Of a stretch of DNA of 63,300 bases, positions 54,976 to 63,300 are shown piece after piece. Origin of the DNA: Firmicutes bacterium UBA2598 (GTDB lineage: Bacteria; Bacillota; PH28-bin88). The DNA lies in NCBI GenBank assembly GCA_002339345.1, contig DDKM01000032.1, forward strand, positions 79,259 through 142,558, in the 5' to 3' direction. Both the position numbers and the translations under genes were made by a program. A model generated the notes under the pieces. That model saw only the letters and a list, made by a program, of their open reading frames with translations, did not search any database and was not told the origin of the DNA. Numbering within the stretch: position 1 is the stretch's first letter; each line of letters opens with the position of its first letter.

Positions 54976-55599
54976 CTACACCCACCTTTCATCCAGGGCT
55001 GGCGGTAGGTTTTGCCTGGCAAAACGCACAGCCACCCCGGTAATTAATCCTTCACCAATACCAATGAGCATGTGCCAGCCCAGGATGGCAGGCAGCACCA
55101 CACCTAAGGGTACAGTGCCGGAAAGGGCCAGTTGTACCCCCGCCGCCCCGGCGGCCACAACCAGGGAAAGCCAAGCGGACAGAAAAACCGCCGCTCCATC
55201 CCCGGTGACCCTTTTTAGAGCCCGGTATCCCCACAAAGCCACCCAGGGGGCGATCACCGCAGAGTTCAAAATATTGGCCCCCAGGGTTGTGATACCGCCA
55301 TCCTGGAAGATCAGGGCCTGAATAGTGTAAACGGTGGTCATCAATAGGGTTGCTGTCCACGGTCCCATCAGGATGGCTACCAGGGCCCCCCCCAGGAGGT
55401 GGCCGGAAGCTCCCGGTGCCACTGGAAAATTAATCATTTGTGCCGCAAATATAAAGGCGGCCATCACACCCATCACCGGTACCTGACGGTCATCCAACAC
55501 TTCTTTGGTCCGCCGCACCGCATAACCCACCGCACCAGCGCTCATTACCGCCGCTCCCGCCCATACCCTGGCATCCAAAAAGCCGTCTGGAATATGCAT
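54976..55599 (-). CDS. cbiM: CbiM/NikM-type metal (Co/Ni) ECF substrate-capture component
   Basis: N-terminal MHIPDGFLD metal-binding signature and 6-7 TM helices. Confidence 0.9.
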   Translation of the reverse strand: MHIPDGFLDARVWAGAAVMSAGAVGYAVRRTKEVLDDRQVPVMGVMAAFIFAAQMINFPVAPGASGHLLGGALVAILMGPWTATLLMTTVYTIQALIFQDGGITTLGANILNSAVIAPWVALWGYRALKRVTGDGAAVFLSAWLSLVVAAGAAGVQLALSGTVPLGVVLPAILGWHMLIGIGEGLITGVAVRFARQNLPPALDERWV

Positions 55600-55641
55600 T
55601 ATTAAGTACCTCCCCGATAATGATTTCCGCTACCCCGTCAC

Positions 55642-55690
55642 CAAAACAAAAACCATGGATACCGTTCCTTGACGGCAAACCTCCATGGTT
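55642..55690 (-). terminator. Leader terminator/attenuator upstream of cbiM
   Basis: Minus strand reads AACCATGGA-(22 nt with an inner CCGT/ACGG stem)-TCCATGGTT followed by TTTTGTTTTGG. It lies about 45 nt before the cbiM SD. Confidence 0.55.
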
Positions 55691-55838
55691 TAGTCCTGCT
55701 TTATGCGTCTTTTCTGTTTTGAAACAGGTGATGGGACCGACTAGGCCAATCGAGGTCTTCATGACCTTCTTGTACATATATATTATTCGTCCTCTGCGGG
55801 AAAAATCCTTTCGGCAGACAAAAAAAGATGGTATCAAA

Positions 55839-56696
55839 TCACCGGACAGGCGGCCGGAAATCATCGGCGTGGTAGGAACTGCGCACAAAGGGGCCCGCCG
55901 CCACATGGAGGAACCCCATTGCGGCTGCCCGCTGGCGGTACTGATCAAAAACCTGTGGGTGCACGTACTCCGTTACCGGGAGGTGCCGGGCGGATGGTTG
56001 GAGGTACTGGCCGATGGTGATGATGTCGCATCCCACTTCCCGCAGGTCACCCATAACCTGTTCAACTTCGGCGAAGGTTTCCCCCAGGCCAACCATCAGC
56101 CCCGATTTGGTGTAAATCCCGGGAGCCTCCGTCTTCACCTGGTGCAGCACCGCCAGACTGCGGCGATAATCGGCGCCTGGTCGTACCACCGGGTATAGCC
56201 GCGGTACCGTCTCCAGGTTATGATTGAATACCGCTGGGGCAGCCTCCACCACCACCCCTACTGCCTCCCGGCATCCGCCAAAGTCCGGGGTAAGCACCTC
56301 CACCACTGCCTCCGGCACCATTTCCCGGATGGCCCGGATGGTAGCGGCAAAGTGCGCCGCCCCGCCGTCCGGCAGGTCGTCCCGGGTCACCGAGGTCACC
56401 ACCACATGGCGCAATCCCAAACGATGCACCGCCTCCGCCACCCGTAGGGGTTCCTCCCCGTCAGGTTGGCACGGAATACCTCCCGGCACGGCACAAAAGG
56501 CGCAGTCGCGGGTACAGGTGTCACCCAGGATCATGAAGGTAGCCGTCCGGCGAGCAAAACACTCCCCCTGGTTCGGGCATACCGCCCCCTGGCAAACGGT
56601 GCGTAAATTCAAATCCTTCAGCAGCTTCCTGGTCCCGGCAACATCTCCACTGGCCGGAAATCTCTTACGTAACCAAACAGGCAGTCTACCAACCAA
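55839..56696 (-). CDS. lipA: Lipoyl synthase
   Basis: Auxiliary cluster [10 protein letters not shown] and radical-SAM cluster CTRDCAFC. Confidence 0.93.
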   Translation of the reverse strand: MVGRLPVWLRKRFPASGDVAGTRKLLKDLNLRTVCQGAVCPNQGECFARRTATFMILGDTCTRDCAFCAVPGGIPCQPDGEEPLRVAEAVHRLGLRHVVVTSVTRDDLPDGGAAHFAATIRAIREMVPEAVVEVLTPDFGGCREAVGVVVEAAPAVFNHNLETVPRLYPVVRPGADYRRSLAVLHQVKTEAPGIYTKSGLMVGLGETFAEVEQVMGDLREVGCDIITIGQYLQPSARHLPVTEYVHPQVFDQYRQRAAAMGFLHVAAGPFVRSSYHADDFRPPVR

Positions 56697-56768
56697 CCCA
56701 TCACCACCCCCGAACCTGTTTTATCCCGTCTTGCCCCCAGCCCTTATTACCACCCCATGGCCGGGCGG

Positions 56769-58151
56769 TCAGCTGTGAATAGCCATTCCGTGTACCGCCT
56801 CCGCCGCCTCCGCCAGGGCTTCCGGCAGGGTGGGATGGGCGTGGATGGCGGCGGCAACATGCCCGGCGGTCATGCCATACCGTACCGCCAGGGCAGCCTC
56901 GGCGATGAGGTCGGAGGCATGGGGACCTATGATGTGGACACCCAGCAGGCGGTCGGTTTCCGGGTGGGCCAGCACCTTGACAAAACCCTCCCCTTCCCCG
57001 CTGCAAAGGGCCCGGCCGTTGGCCGCAAAGGGAAAGCGACCAACCCTGGGTTTGATGCCCTGGGCTTCCGCCTGCTGGGAGGTAAGACCCACACCTGCCA
57101 CCTCCGGCAGGGTAAATATACAGTTGGGTACCGCCCGGTAATCCATCACCGCCTGTCCTCCCGCCGCATTGGCGGCAGCCACCAGCCCCTGGGCGGATGC
57201 CACATGGGCCAGCAAACCGCGGTTGGTCACATCACCTACGGCGTAAATGCCCTCCATACTGGTACGCATTCCATCGTCAACAATTATTTCTCCCCGCGGT
57301 CCAGTGACCACCCCTGCCTCCGCCAAGCCCAGTTGAGATGTGTCAAAGGAGCGGCCCACCGCCACCAGCACCTTCTCCACCACCAGTTCCGTGCCAGTAT
57401 CCAGCATGGCGGCAATACCGCTGTCCACCTGCCGTAACCCGGTCACCTTGGTGTTGGTGCGGACCTCAATCCCCTTTTGGCGAAAAACCGCCTGCACCCG
57501 GCGGGCAACCTCCGGTTCAACTGGCGGTAAAATAACAGGTAGCGCCTCTACCACCGTTACCCGGGTGCCCAGTGCCGCAAAAATACCGGCAAACTCGCAT
57601 CCAATCACACCTCCACCCACCACCAGCAGGCTCTCCGGCACCCGGTCCGATGCCAGCAGTTCCCTGCTGGTTACCACCCACCGGCCATCCACCGGCAGTC
57701 CGGGTAGCTGCAAGGGTTGGGAACCCGGTGCCAGGACCACCCGCCGGGCTGCCAGGACAGTGCTGCCACCCTCCGCCAGGGCCACGGCCACCCGACATGG
57801 TCCGTCAAGCCGCCCAATTCCCTGGATCAGCCGGATCTTGTGCTTGTTAAATAAGAAACCGATCCCCTTGGCCAGCTGGGATATCACCGCATCCCTTTTG
57901 GCGATCAGTCGCTGGAAATCCAGGCGGCATTCTGACGTCTCCAGGCCGAATTCCCCACCACGGGTTACCGCCTCCAGGAGGGATACAGCGGCCACCATGG
58001 TTTTGGTGGGAATACATCCCCAGTTCAAGCACGTTCCACCCAGTTTTTCCCTTTCCACCACCGCCACCCTTAGGCCAAGCTGGGCAGCCCGGATAGCACA
58101 GACATAACCCCCCGGCCCACCACCGATCACTACTAGATCAAACTGATCCAC
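56769..58151 (-). CDS. lpd: Dihydrolipoyl dehydrogenase (E3 / L-protein)
   Basis: GGGPGGY FAD motif, redox-active GGTCLNWGCIPTK, and C-terminal HAHPTLPE. Confidence 0.93.
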   Translation of the reverse strand: MDQFDLVVIGGGPGGYVCAIRAAQLGLRVAVVEREKLGGTCLNWGCIPTKTMVAAVSLLEAVTRGGEFGLETSECRLDFQRLIAKRDAVISQLAKGIGFLFNKHKIRLIQGIGRLDGPCRVAVALAEGGSTVLAARRVVLAPGSQPLQLPGLPVDGRWVVTSRELLASDRVPESLLVVGGGVIGCEFAGIFAALGTRVTVVEALPVILPPVEPEVARRVQAVFRQKGIEVRTNTKVTGLRQVDSGIAAMLDTGTELVVEKVLVAVGRSFDTSQLGLAEAGVVTGPRGEIIVDDGMRTSMEGIYAVGDVTNRGLLAHVASAQGLVAAANAAGGQAVMDYRAVPNCIFTLPEVAGVGLTSQQAEAQGIKPRVGRFPFAANGRALCSGEGEGFVKVLAHPETDRLLGVHIIGPHASDLIAEAALAVRYGMTAGHVAAAIHAHPTLPEALAEAAEAVHGMAIHS

Positions 58152-58398
58152 TACAAACCGCCACCCTTCATCACTGGACTGCTACCCGCCATTCCGGCTC
58201 TTTCATACGTACCGTCCCAATCTATACTTGTGACCTTCATTCTATCGAAACAGCACACCGAAGTTTTACCACTTCTGGGTTCCCCAAAATGGCAGGGAAA
58301 TATTAGTAACTACCTCGAAGTATATTACGGTGATTTTTTTTTGCCAAGGGTCTTTTCCCCTGGAATTTTTTGTGATAATATGAAATTAACTGAATACG

Positions 58399-58600
58399 TC
58401 CGGATGACTCCGGTGGGAGAGTTCCTGAAACAAACCAGGACGCCGAAGGAGTAACCCTGGGTGTTGGTGGCACGCGGGGGAAACTCTCAGGTACCCGAAC
58501 CGCCGGCAGACGGGTCTCTGGAGAGTTCCTCCAGCGGGAGGACACCCAAGGGGATCCGGCCCAGGGGGCCGGTTCAATCTCTCAGGTTCGAGGACAGAGG
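58399..58600 (+). promoter_or_regulatory. Tandem glycine riboswitch (two aptamers)
   Basis: Aptamer 1 reads GGGAGAG...GACGCCGAAGGAGTAA...CTCTCAGGTACCCGAAC. Aptamer 2 reads CTCTGGAGAG...ACACCCAAGGGGAT...CTCTCAGGTTCGAGGACAG. It lies upstream of gcvT, the classic context. Confidence 0.85.
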
Positions 58601-58629
58601 AAGGCACCAAGCCTTTTCTCTGTTTTTTT
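58594..58629 (+). terminator. Expression-platform terminator of the glycine riboswitch
   Basis: ACAGAGGAAGGC-ACCAA-GCCTT(T)TCTCTGT followed by TTTTTT. Its 5' arm overlaps the 3' end of aptamer 2. Confidence 0.65.
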
Positions 58630-58701
58630 AATTCCCTTTACCCCGGATGTTTTATTCTGCGGGCAAATCCAGGGCAAACTGCTTAATGGAGGTGATGATC
58701 C

Positions 58702-59796
58702 GTGAATGGGGAGGTGAAAAAGACCCCGCTTTATGCCTTACACCTTGCTGCAGGCGCCAAAATGGTTGATTTTGCCGGCTGGATGATGCCTATCCAGTAC
58801 AGGGGCATCCTAGAGGAACACCGGGCAGTGAGGGAACAAGCCGGACTGTTTGATGTTTCCCATATGGGGGAAATCCGCATCAGCGGCCCGGGCAGCATGG
58901 AACTTGTCCAGCGTTTGATCACCAATGACGCCTGTTCCCTTCCCCATGGCAGGGTATTGTACTCCCCCATGTGCCAGCCGGATGGCGGGCTGGTGGATGA
59001 CCTCTTGGTGTACCGGATGGGTGAACTGGACTTCCTGCTGGTGGTCAATGCCGCCAACAAGGACAAGGACCTGGCATGGATCAGAAGCCATGGAGGCGCC
59101 GTCTTAATCGAAGACCAGTCCGACACCACTGCCCAGCTTGCCATCCAGGGACCACTGGCGGCAACCATCTTGCAGCGGCTTACCCCGGTGGACCTGACCC
59201 CCATCAGGTATTACAGCTATGTTCATGGCCGGGTGTCCGGTGAGGATTGCCTGATTTCCCGCACCGGGTATACCGGGGAGGACGGGTTCGAAATATATTT
59301 GTCACCGGAGGCGGCTCCCCGTCTGTGGGAACGGCTGCTGACTGCCGGCACAGCGGAAGGTCTACAACCCGTGGGCCTTGGGGCAAGGGATACCCTGCGT
59401 TTTGAGGCAGCACTCCCCCTGTACGGTCAGGAACTGTCCGAAGGAACAACACCCCTGGAAGCGGGTCTGGACAAGTTTATTGCCTGGCACAAGGAAGATT
59501 TTATCGGGCGGGCCGCCCTGCTGGCCCAGCGGGAGGCCGGCCTGACCAGAAAACTGGTGGGATTGGCCATGGTGGACCGGGGCATACCCCGGCCGGGCTA
59601 TCCTGTCAGGTGTGAGAACAGGGAAATTGGTTTCATTACCTCCGGTACCTTTGCTCCCACCCTGGGCCAGAACCTGGCCATGGCATATGTGGAAAAGGCC
59701 TATGCCGGTGTAGATCAAGGGGTGGAAGTGGTGATCCGGGATAAGGGACACAAGGCCAGGGTAGTACCGCGGCCATTTTATAAAAGGGGGCAGTAA
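58702..59796 (+). CDS. gcvT: Glycine cleavage system T protein (aminomethyltransferase)
   Basis: Full-length GcvT collinearity (TPLY..H...GAKMV.FAGW.MP.QY, GYTGEDGFEI). GTG start 7 nt after GGAGGTG. Confidence 0.95.
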   Translation: MNGEVKKTPLYALHLAAGAKMVDFAGWMMPIQYRGILEEHRAVREQAGLFDVSHMGEIRISGPGSMELVQRLITNDACSLPHGRVLYSPMCQPDGGLVDDLLVYRMGELDFLLVVNAANKDKDLAWIRSHGGAVLIEDQSDTTAQLAIQGPLAATILQRLTPVDLTPIRYYSYVHGRVSGEDCLISRTGYTGEDGFEIYLSPEAAPRLWERLLTAGTAEGLQPVGLGARDTLRFEAALPLYGQELSEGTTPLEAGLDKFIAWHKEDFIGRAALLAQREAGLTRKLVGLAMVDRGIPRPGYPVRCENREIGFITSGTFAPTLGQNLAMAYVEKAYAGVDQGVEVVIRDKGHKARVVPRPFYKRGQ

Positions 59797-59798
59797 GG

Positions 59799-60188
59799 AT
59801 GCACATACCGCAGGAATTGAAGTACAGCCGGGAACACGAATGGGTGCAGGTTAATGGGAACACTTGCCGGGTGGGAATCACCGACTATGCCCAGCAGTCC
59901 CTGGGGGATGTGGTGTTTGTGGAACTGCCGGAGATCGGCAGGGTACTGGAACGGGGGGAAGCCTTCGGGGTGGTGGAATCCGTCAAAGCCGCCTCAGACT
60001 GCTACTCACCGTTAGCCGGGACGGTCACCGCAGTGAACCAGGAACTGCTGGATACGCCCCAGTTGATCAACGAAGATCCCTACGGCCGGGGCTGGATCAT
60101 GGAGGTTGAAATCGCTAATCCCGACCAACTGGAAGGGCTGCTGACCGCCGTCCAATATGAGGAGCTGGTCCGAGAGGGAGGTGCATAG
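59799..60188 (+). CDS. gcvH: Glycine cleavage system H protein
   Basis: Lipoyl-lysine motif VESVKAASD and typical length of 129 aa. Confidence 0.95.
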   Translation: MHIPQELKYSREHEWVQVNGNTCRVGITDYAQQSLGDVVFVELPEIGRVLERGEAFGVVESVKAASDCYSPLAGTVTAVNQELLDTPQLINEDPYGRGWIMEVEIANPDQLEGLLTAVQYEELVREGGA

Positions 60189-60190
60189 GG

Positions 60191-61534
60191 GTGTCCTATT
60201 TGCCTCATACCACCGCCGACCGGGAAACCATGTTGAAAAACATCGGCATCACCGACCCGGCTGAACTCTTTGCCGATGTACCAAACTCCGTCAGGTTGGA
60301 CCGGCCCTTAAATATCCCCGGCCCCTTCAGTGAGATGGAACTAATGCAGCACATGCAGACCCTGGCTGCCCTAAACGCTCACACCGGCGAGTACGTGAGC
60401 TTCCTCGGGGGCGGCGTGTACGACCACTATATCCCAGAAGTGGTAAATCACCTGGTGTCCAGATCGGAGTTCTATACCGCCTACACCCCTTACCAGGCGG
60501 AAATCAGCCAGGGCACCCTGCAGGCCATTTTCGAATACCAGACCATGATCTGCCAGTTGACCGGCATGGAGGTTTCCAATGCTTCCATGTACGATGGGGC
60601 CAGTGCCGCCGCCGAGGGTGTGTTGATGGCCTGTGACCTGACCAGGCGCAACCGGGTACTGGTGGCCCGCAGTGTCCACCCGGAATACCGGGAAACCCTG
60701 GCCACCTACCTCAATCCCCGGGGCATCGAAATAGACGAAATTCCTCTGGCAGATGGCTGTTGTTCCATGGCTGGCCTGGCCACCATGCTTGATCAAACGG
60801 TGGTGGCGGCGGTGCTGGTGCAGCATCCCAACTTCTTCGGTCATCTGGAGCCGGTCGCCCGGATTGGTGAACTGGTGCAAGGTGCCGGAGCCATGTATAT
60901 CACAGTGGTGGACCCCCTATCCCTGGGCCTGCTGCAACCGCCGGCGGAATACGGGGCGGACATTGTGGTGGGTGACGGGCAGCCCCTGGGCAACCCCATG
61001 AGTTTCGGCGGGCCGCACCTGGGGTTCCTGGCATGTACCGAGCGATCCATGCGGCGGCTGCCTGGCCGGCTGGTGGGGATGACCAGGGATACCCAAAACC
61101 GGCGGGGTTTCGTGCTCACTTTGCAAGCCAGGGAACAGCATATCCGCCGGGACAGGGCCACTTCCAACATCTGCTCCAACCAGGCCCTGTGTGCCCTGGC
61201 CGCCACCATCTACCTGACCGCCCTGGGTCCCGGGGGCTTGCGCCAGGTGGCGGAAATGTGCCTGCAAAAGGCCAGTTACGCCCACCAACTGCTATCCGGC
61301 ATCCACGGGGTCAAACCCGCCTTTGGACAGCCCTTCTTTAAGGAATTCGTCCTGCAGCTGGACCATCCGCCCGAAGAGGTAATCACCAGGCTGGCCCAAA
61401 AAGGTATCCTGGCCGGGGTGCCCATTGGCCGCTGGTATCCCGAATATACGGATCATATGCTGGTTGCCTTTACTGAAAAACGCACCAAATCGGACATTCA
61501 GCGCCTGGTGACAGAACTGGGGGGATTGGCATGA
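60191..61534 (+). CDS. gcvPA: Glycine dehydrogenase (decarboxylating) subunit 1
   Basis: Split P-protein N-terminal subunit ([32 protein letters not shown]). Confidence 0.95.
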   Translation: MSYLPHTTADRETMLKNIGITDPAELFADVPNSVRLDRPLNIPGPFSEMELMQHMQTLAALNAHTGEYVSFLGGGVYDHYIPEVVNHLVSRSEFYTAYTPYQAEISQGTLQAIFEYQTMICQLTGMEVSNASMYDGASAAAEGVLMACDLTRRNRVLVARSVHPEYRETLATYLNPRGIEIDEIPLADGCCSMAGLATMLDQTVVAAVLVQHPNFFGHLEPVARIGELVQGAGAMYITVVDPLSLGLLQPPAEYGADIVVGDGQPLGNPMSFGGPHLGFLACTERSMRRLPGRLVGMTRDTQNRRGFVLTLQAREQHIRRDRATSNICSNQALCALAATIYLTALGPGGLRQVAEMCLQKASYAHQLLSGIHGVKPAFGQPFFKEFVLQLDHPPEEVITRLAQKGILAGVPIGRWYPEYTDHMLVAFTEKRTKSDIQRLVTELGGLA

Positions 61535-62982
61535 CGGAACCTTTGATCTTTGAAATGAGCGTACCAGGCCGGCGGGCATGCCGGTACCCCGCCGACGATA
61601 CCGGCATGCCGCTGGCTGAGAGTCTTCTTCCCCAGGAGTACCTGCGCCGGCAGGCCCCGGACCTGCCGGAAGTCTCCGAGCTGGATCTGGTCCGGCATTT
61701 TACCCACCTTTCCAGTATGAACTTCGGGGTGGACACCGGCTTTTATCCCCTGGGTTCGTGTACCATGAAATACAACCCCAAGGTGAATGAAAGGGTGGCC
61801 CGCCTGCCAGGGTTTGCCCAGTTGCACCCCTACCAGCCGGTAGAACTGTGCCAGGGGGCATTGCGGCTGATGGCGGAAATGGAAGCCTTTCTGGCGGAAA
61901 TCACCGGTATGGACCGGTTTTCCCTCCAGCCTGCCGCCGGCGCCCACGGGGAACTGGCAGGACTGTTCATCATCCGGGCCTATCACCGGTACAGGGGAGA
62001 TATGGGCCGGAACAAGGTGATTGTACCAGATTCCGCCCACGGCACCAACCCCGCCACCGCAGCCCTCTGCGGCATGCAGGTGGTAGAAGTGAAATCCGAT
62101 GCCCGCGGGGGAGTGGACCTGGCAGCCCTGCGCGGGGCGCTGGGACCGGATGTGGCCGCCCTGATGCTTACCAACCCCAACACCCTGGGGCTGTTCGATG
62201 AAAATATCGTGGAAATTGCCCGGCTGGTGCATGAAGCCGGCGGTTTGTTGTATTATGACGGGGCCAACATGAATGCCATTATGGGTTACAGCCGCCCGGG
62301 TGACATGGGCTTTGACGTGATCCACGTCAACCTGCACAAAACCTTTGCCACCCCCCACGGTGGTGGCGGTCCCGGCGCCGGACCGGTAGGAGTCAAGGCA
62401 AACCTGGCCCCATTTTTGCCCCGTCCGACGGTGGAGCGGGGTGAACAGGGCTATTACCTGGACCATGACCGCCCCCTGTCCATCGGGCGGGTGAGGTCCT
62501 TTTACGGTAACTTTGCAGTGGTGGTCAAGGCCTATGCTTATATCCTGAGCCAGGGGGGACAAGGGTTAAAGGATGTCAGTACATACGCAGTACTTAATGC
62601 CAACTACCTCCTTAGCCTGTTACGGGACCACTTCCACCTCCCCTATGACAGGCACTGCAAACACGAGTTTGTCATTACACCCGGAAAGCTGAAGGATCTG
62701 GATATCCGGACCATTCACATCGCCAAACGCCTATTGGACTACGGTTTCCATCCCCCCACCACCTACTTCCCCCTCATCGTGGAGGAGGCCATGATGGTGG
62801 AACCGACGGAAACGGAGAGCAGGGAAACCCTGGAGAGCTTTGCGAAGGCCATGATCGCCATCGCCCGGGAAGCCGTGGAAAACCCGGAACTGGTTAAATC
62901 CGCCCCCCACCACACTCCCGTTACCCGCCTGGATGAGGCCACCGCCGCCCGCAAACCGGTTGTGCGGTGGAAACGGGAGTAG
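61531..62982 (+). CDS. gcvPB: Glycine dehydrogenase (decarboxylating) subunit 2
   Basis: PLP-lysine block [14 protein letters not shown]. It has a 4-nt overlap with gcvPA. Confidence 0.95.
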   Translation: MTEPLIFEMSVPGRRACRYPADDTGMPLAESLLPQEYLRRQAPDLPEVSELDLVRHFTHLSSMNFGVDTGFYPLGSCTMKYNPKVNERVARLPGFAQLHPYQPVELCQGALRLMAEMEAFLAEITGMDRFSLQPAAGAHGELAGLFIIRAYHRYRGDMGRNKVIVPDSAHGTNPATAALCGMQVVEVKSDARGGVDLAALRGALGPDVAALMLTNPNTLGLFDENIVEIARLVHEAGGLLYYDGANMNAIMGYSRPGDMGFDVIHVNLHKTFATPHGGGGPGAGPVGVKANLAPFLPRPTVERGEQGYYLDHDRPLSIGRVRSFYGNFAVVVKAYAYILSQGGQGLKDVSTYAVLNANYLLSLLRDHFHLPYDRHCKHEFVITPGKLKDLDIRTIHIAKRLLDYGFHPPTTYFPLIVEEAMMVEPTETESRETLESFAKAMIAIAREAVENPELVKSAPHHTPVTRLDEATAARKPVVRWKRE

Positions 62983-62986
62983 TCCA

Positions 62987-63300
62987 ATGGGTAACCAGTG
63001 GCGTTTACTGGATACCGGCTGCCGGGACGGGTTTACCAACATGGCGCTGGACGAGGCAATCCTCACTGCCGTCAGCAACGGACTAGCCCCGCCAACCCTT
63101 CGTTTTTACGGCTGGTCCTCCCCTACCCTCACCCTGGGTTATTTCCAGGAAACCAGGAAGGAAATTGACCTGACGGCGTGCCAGCGTTTAGGGGTACAGG
63201 TGGTGCGCCGCCTGACCGGCGGCAGGGCGGTGTTGCACCACCGGGAAGTGACCTACAGTATTATCGCCCCCATGGCACACCCGGACATGCGCGGCAGTGT
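62987..63300 (+). CDS. Lipoate--protein ligase family protein (LplA/LipM-like), 3'-truncated by the window edge
   Basis: Reads MGNQWRLLDTG...NMALDEAIL...PPTLRFYGW.SPTLTLGYFQ...VVRRLTGGRAVLHH.EVTYS, the BPL/LPL catalytic-domain N-terminus. Confidence 0.85.
   Translation, partial: MGNQWRLLDTGCRDGFTNMALDEAILTAVSNGLAPPTLRFYGWSSPTLTLGYFQETRKEIDLTACQRLGVQVVRRLTGGRAVLHHREVTYSIIAPMAHPDMRGS

Noticed and set aside
55600-55838. Calling the cbiM leader a cobalamin riboswitch.
   Set aside because: I could not find a convincing B12 box or the GCCACTG core by eye. It is kept as an unresolved leader rather than a named riboswitch.

Overview
This is a 63.3-kb chromosomal segment, moderately GC-rich by eye (not computed). 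Gene content (gerM, prkA-yhbH-spoVR, a yjcZ-like tiny protein, acuABC) suggests an endospore-forming Firmicute, probably Clostridia/Peptococcaceae-like; this is inference only. The window is densely packed and mostly housekeeping or metabolic. In order it holds: the 3' part of groEL; a decayed IS transposase; four minus-strand tRNAs (Gly, Arg, His, Gln); and a Bacillus-like gerM ... murI ... rph-rdgB-ysnB backbone. Next come a LytTR regulator; hisC/ACT/paaK; and a nitrogen block (ANTAR regulator, glnA, FMN glutamate-synthase-like protein). These are followed by prkA-yhbH-spoVR; cupin PGI; an orphan binding lipoprotein; queG; a DctB/DctS/DctR-type sensor set; and acuB-acuC-acuA. The rest comprises a LexA-box-controlled imuB-like/small ORF/dnaE2 cassette; glcD/glcF plus a permease; a ParM-like actin gene with a small partner; MerR plus acyl-CoA dehydrogenase; cbiMNQO; lipA-lpd; and a tandem glycine riboswitch driving gcvT-gcvH-gcvPA-gcvPB-lplA. 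The most unusual content is a five-gene block inserted between murI and rph. It encodes a glutamate-mutase E-subunit homolog with no B12-binding partner in the window, in one apparent operon with a 2-hydroxyacyl-CoA-dehydratase-like protein and its ATP-dependent activase, followed by an MBL hydrolase and a P-loop protein. Secondary points are the chromosomal ParM-like pair, several Cys-rich mini-proteins missing from the ORF track, a glnA leader with a terminator and hexaloop hairpins next to the ANTAR regulator, and a cbiM leader of unresolved riboswitch class. No CRISPR array, rRNA or intact mobile element was seen. All family assignments come from reading the translated ORFs against remembered family signatures; no database search was run.
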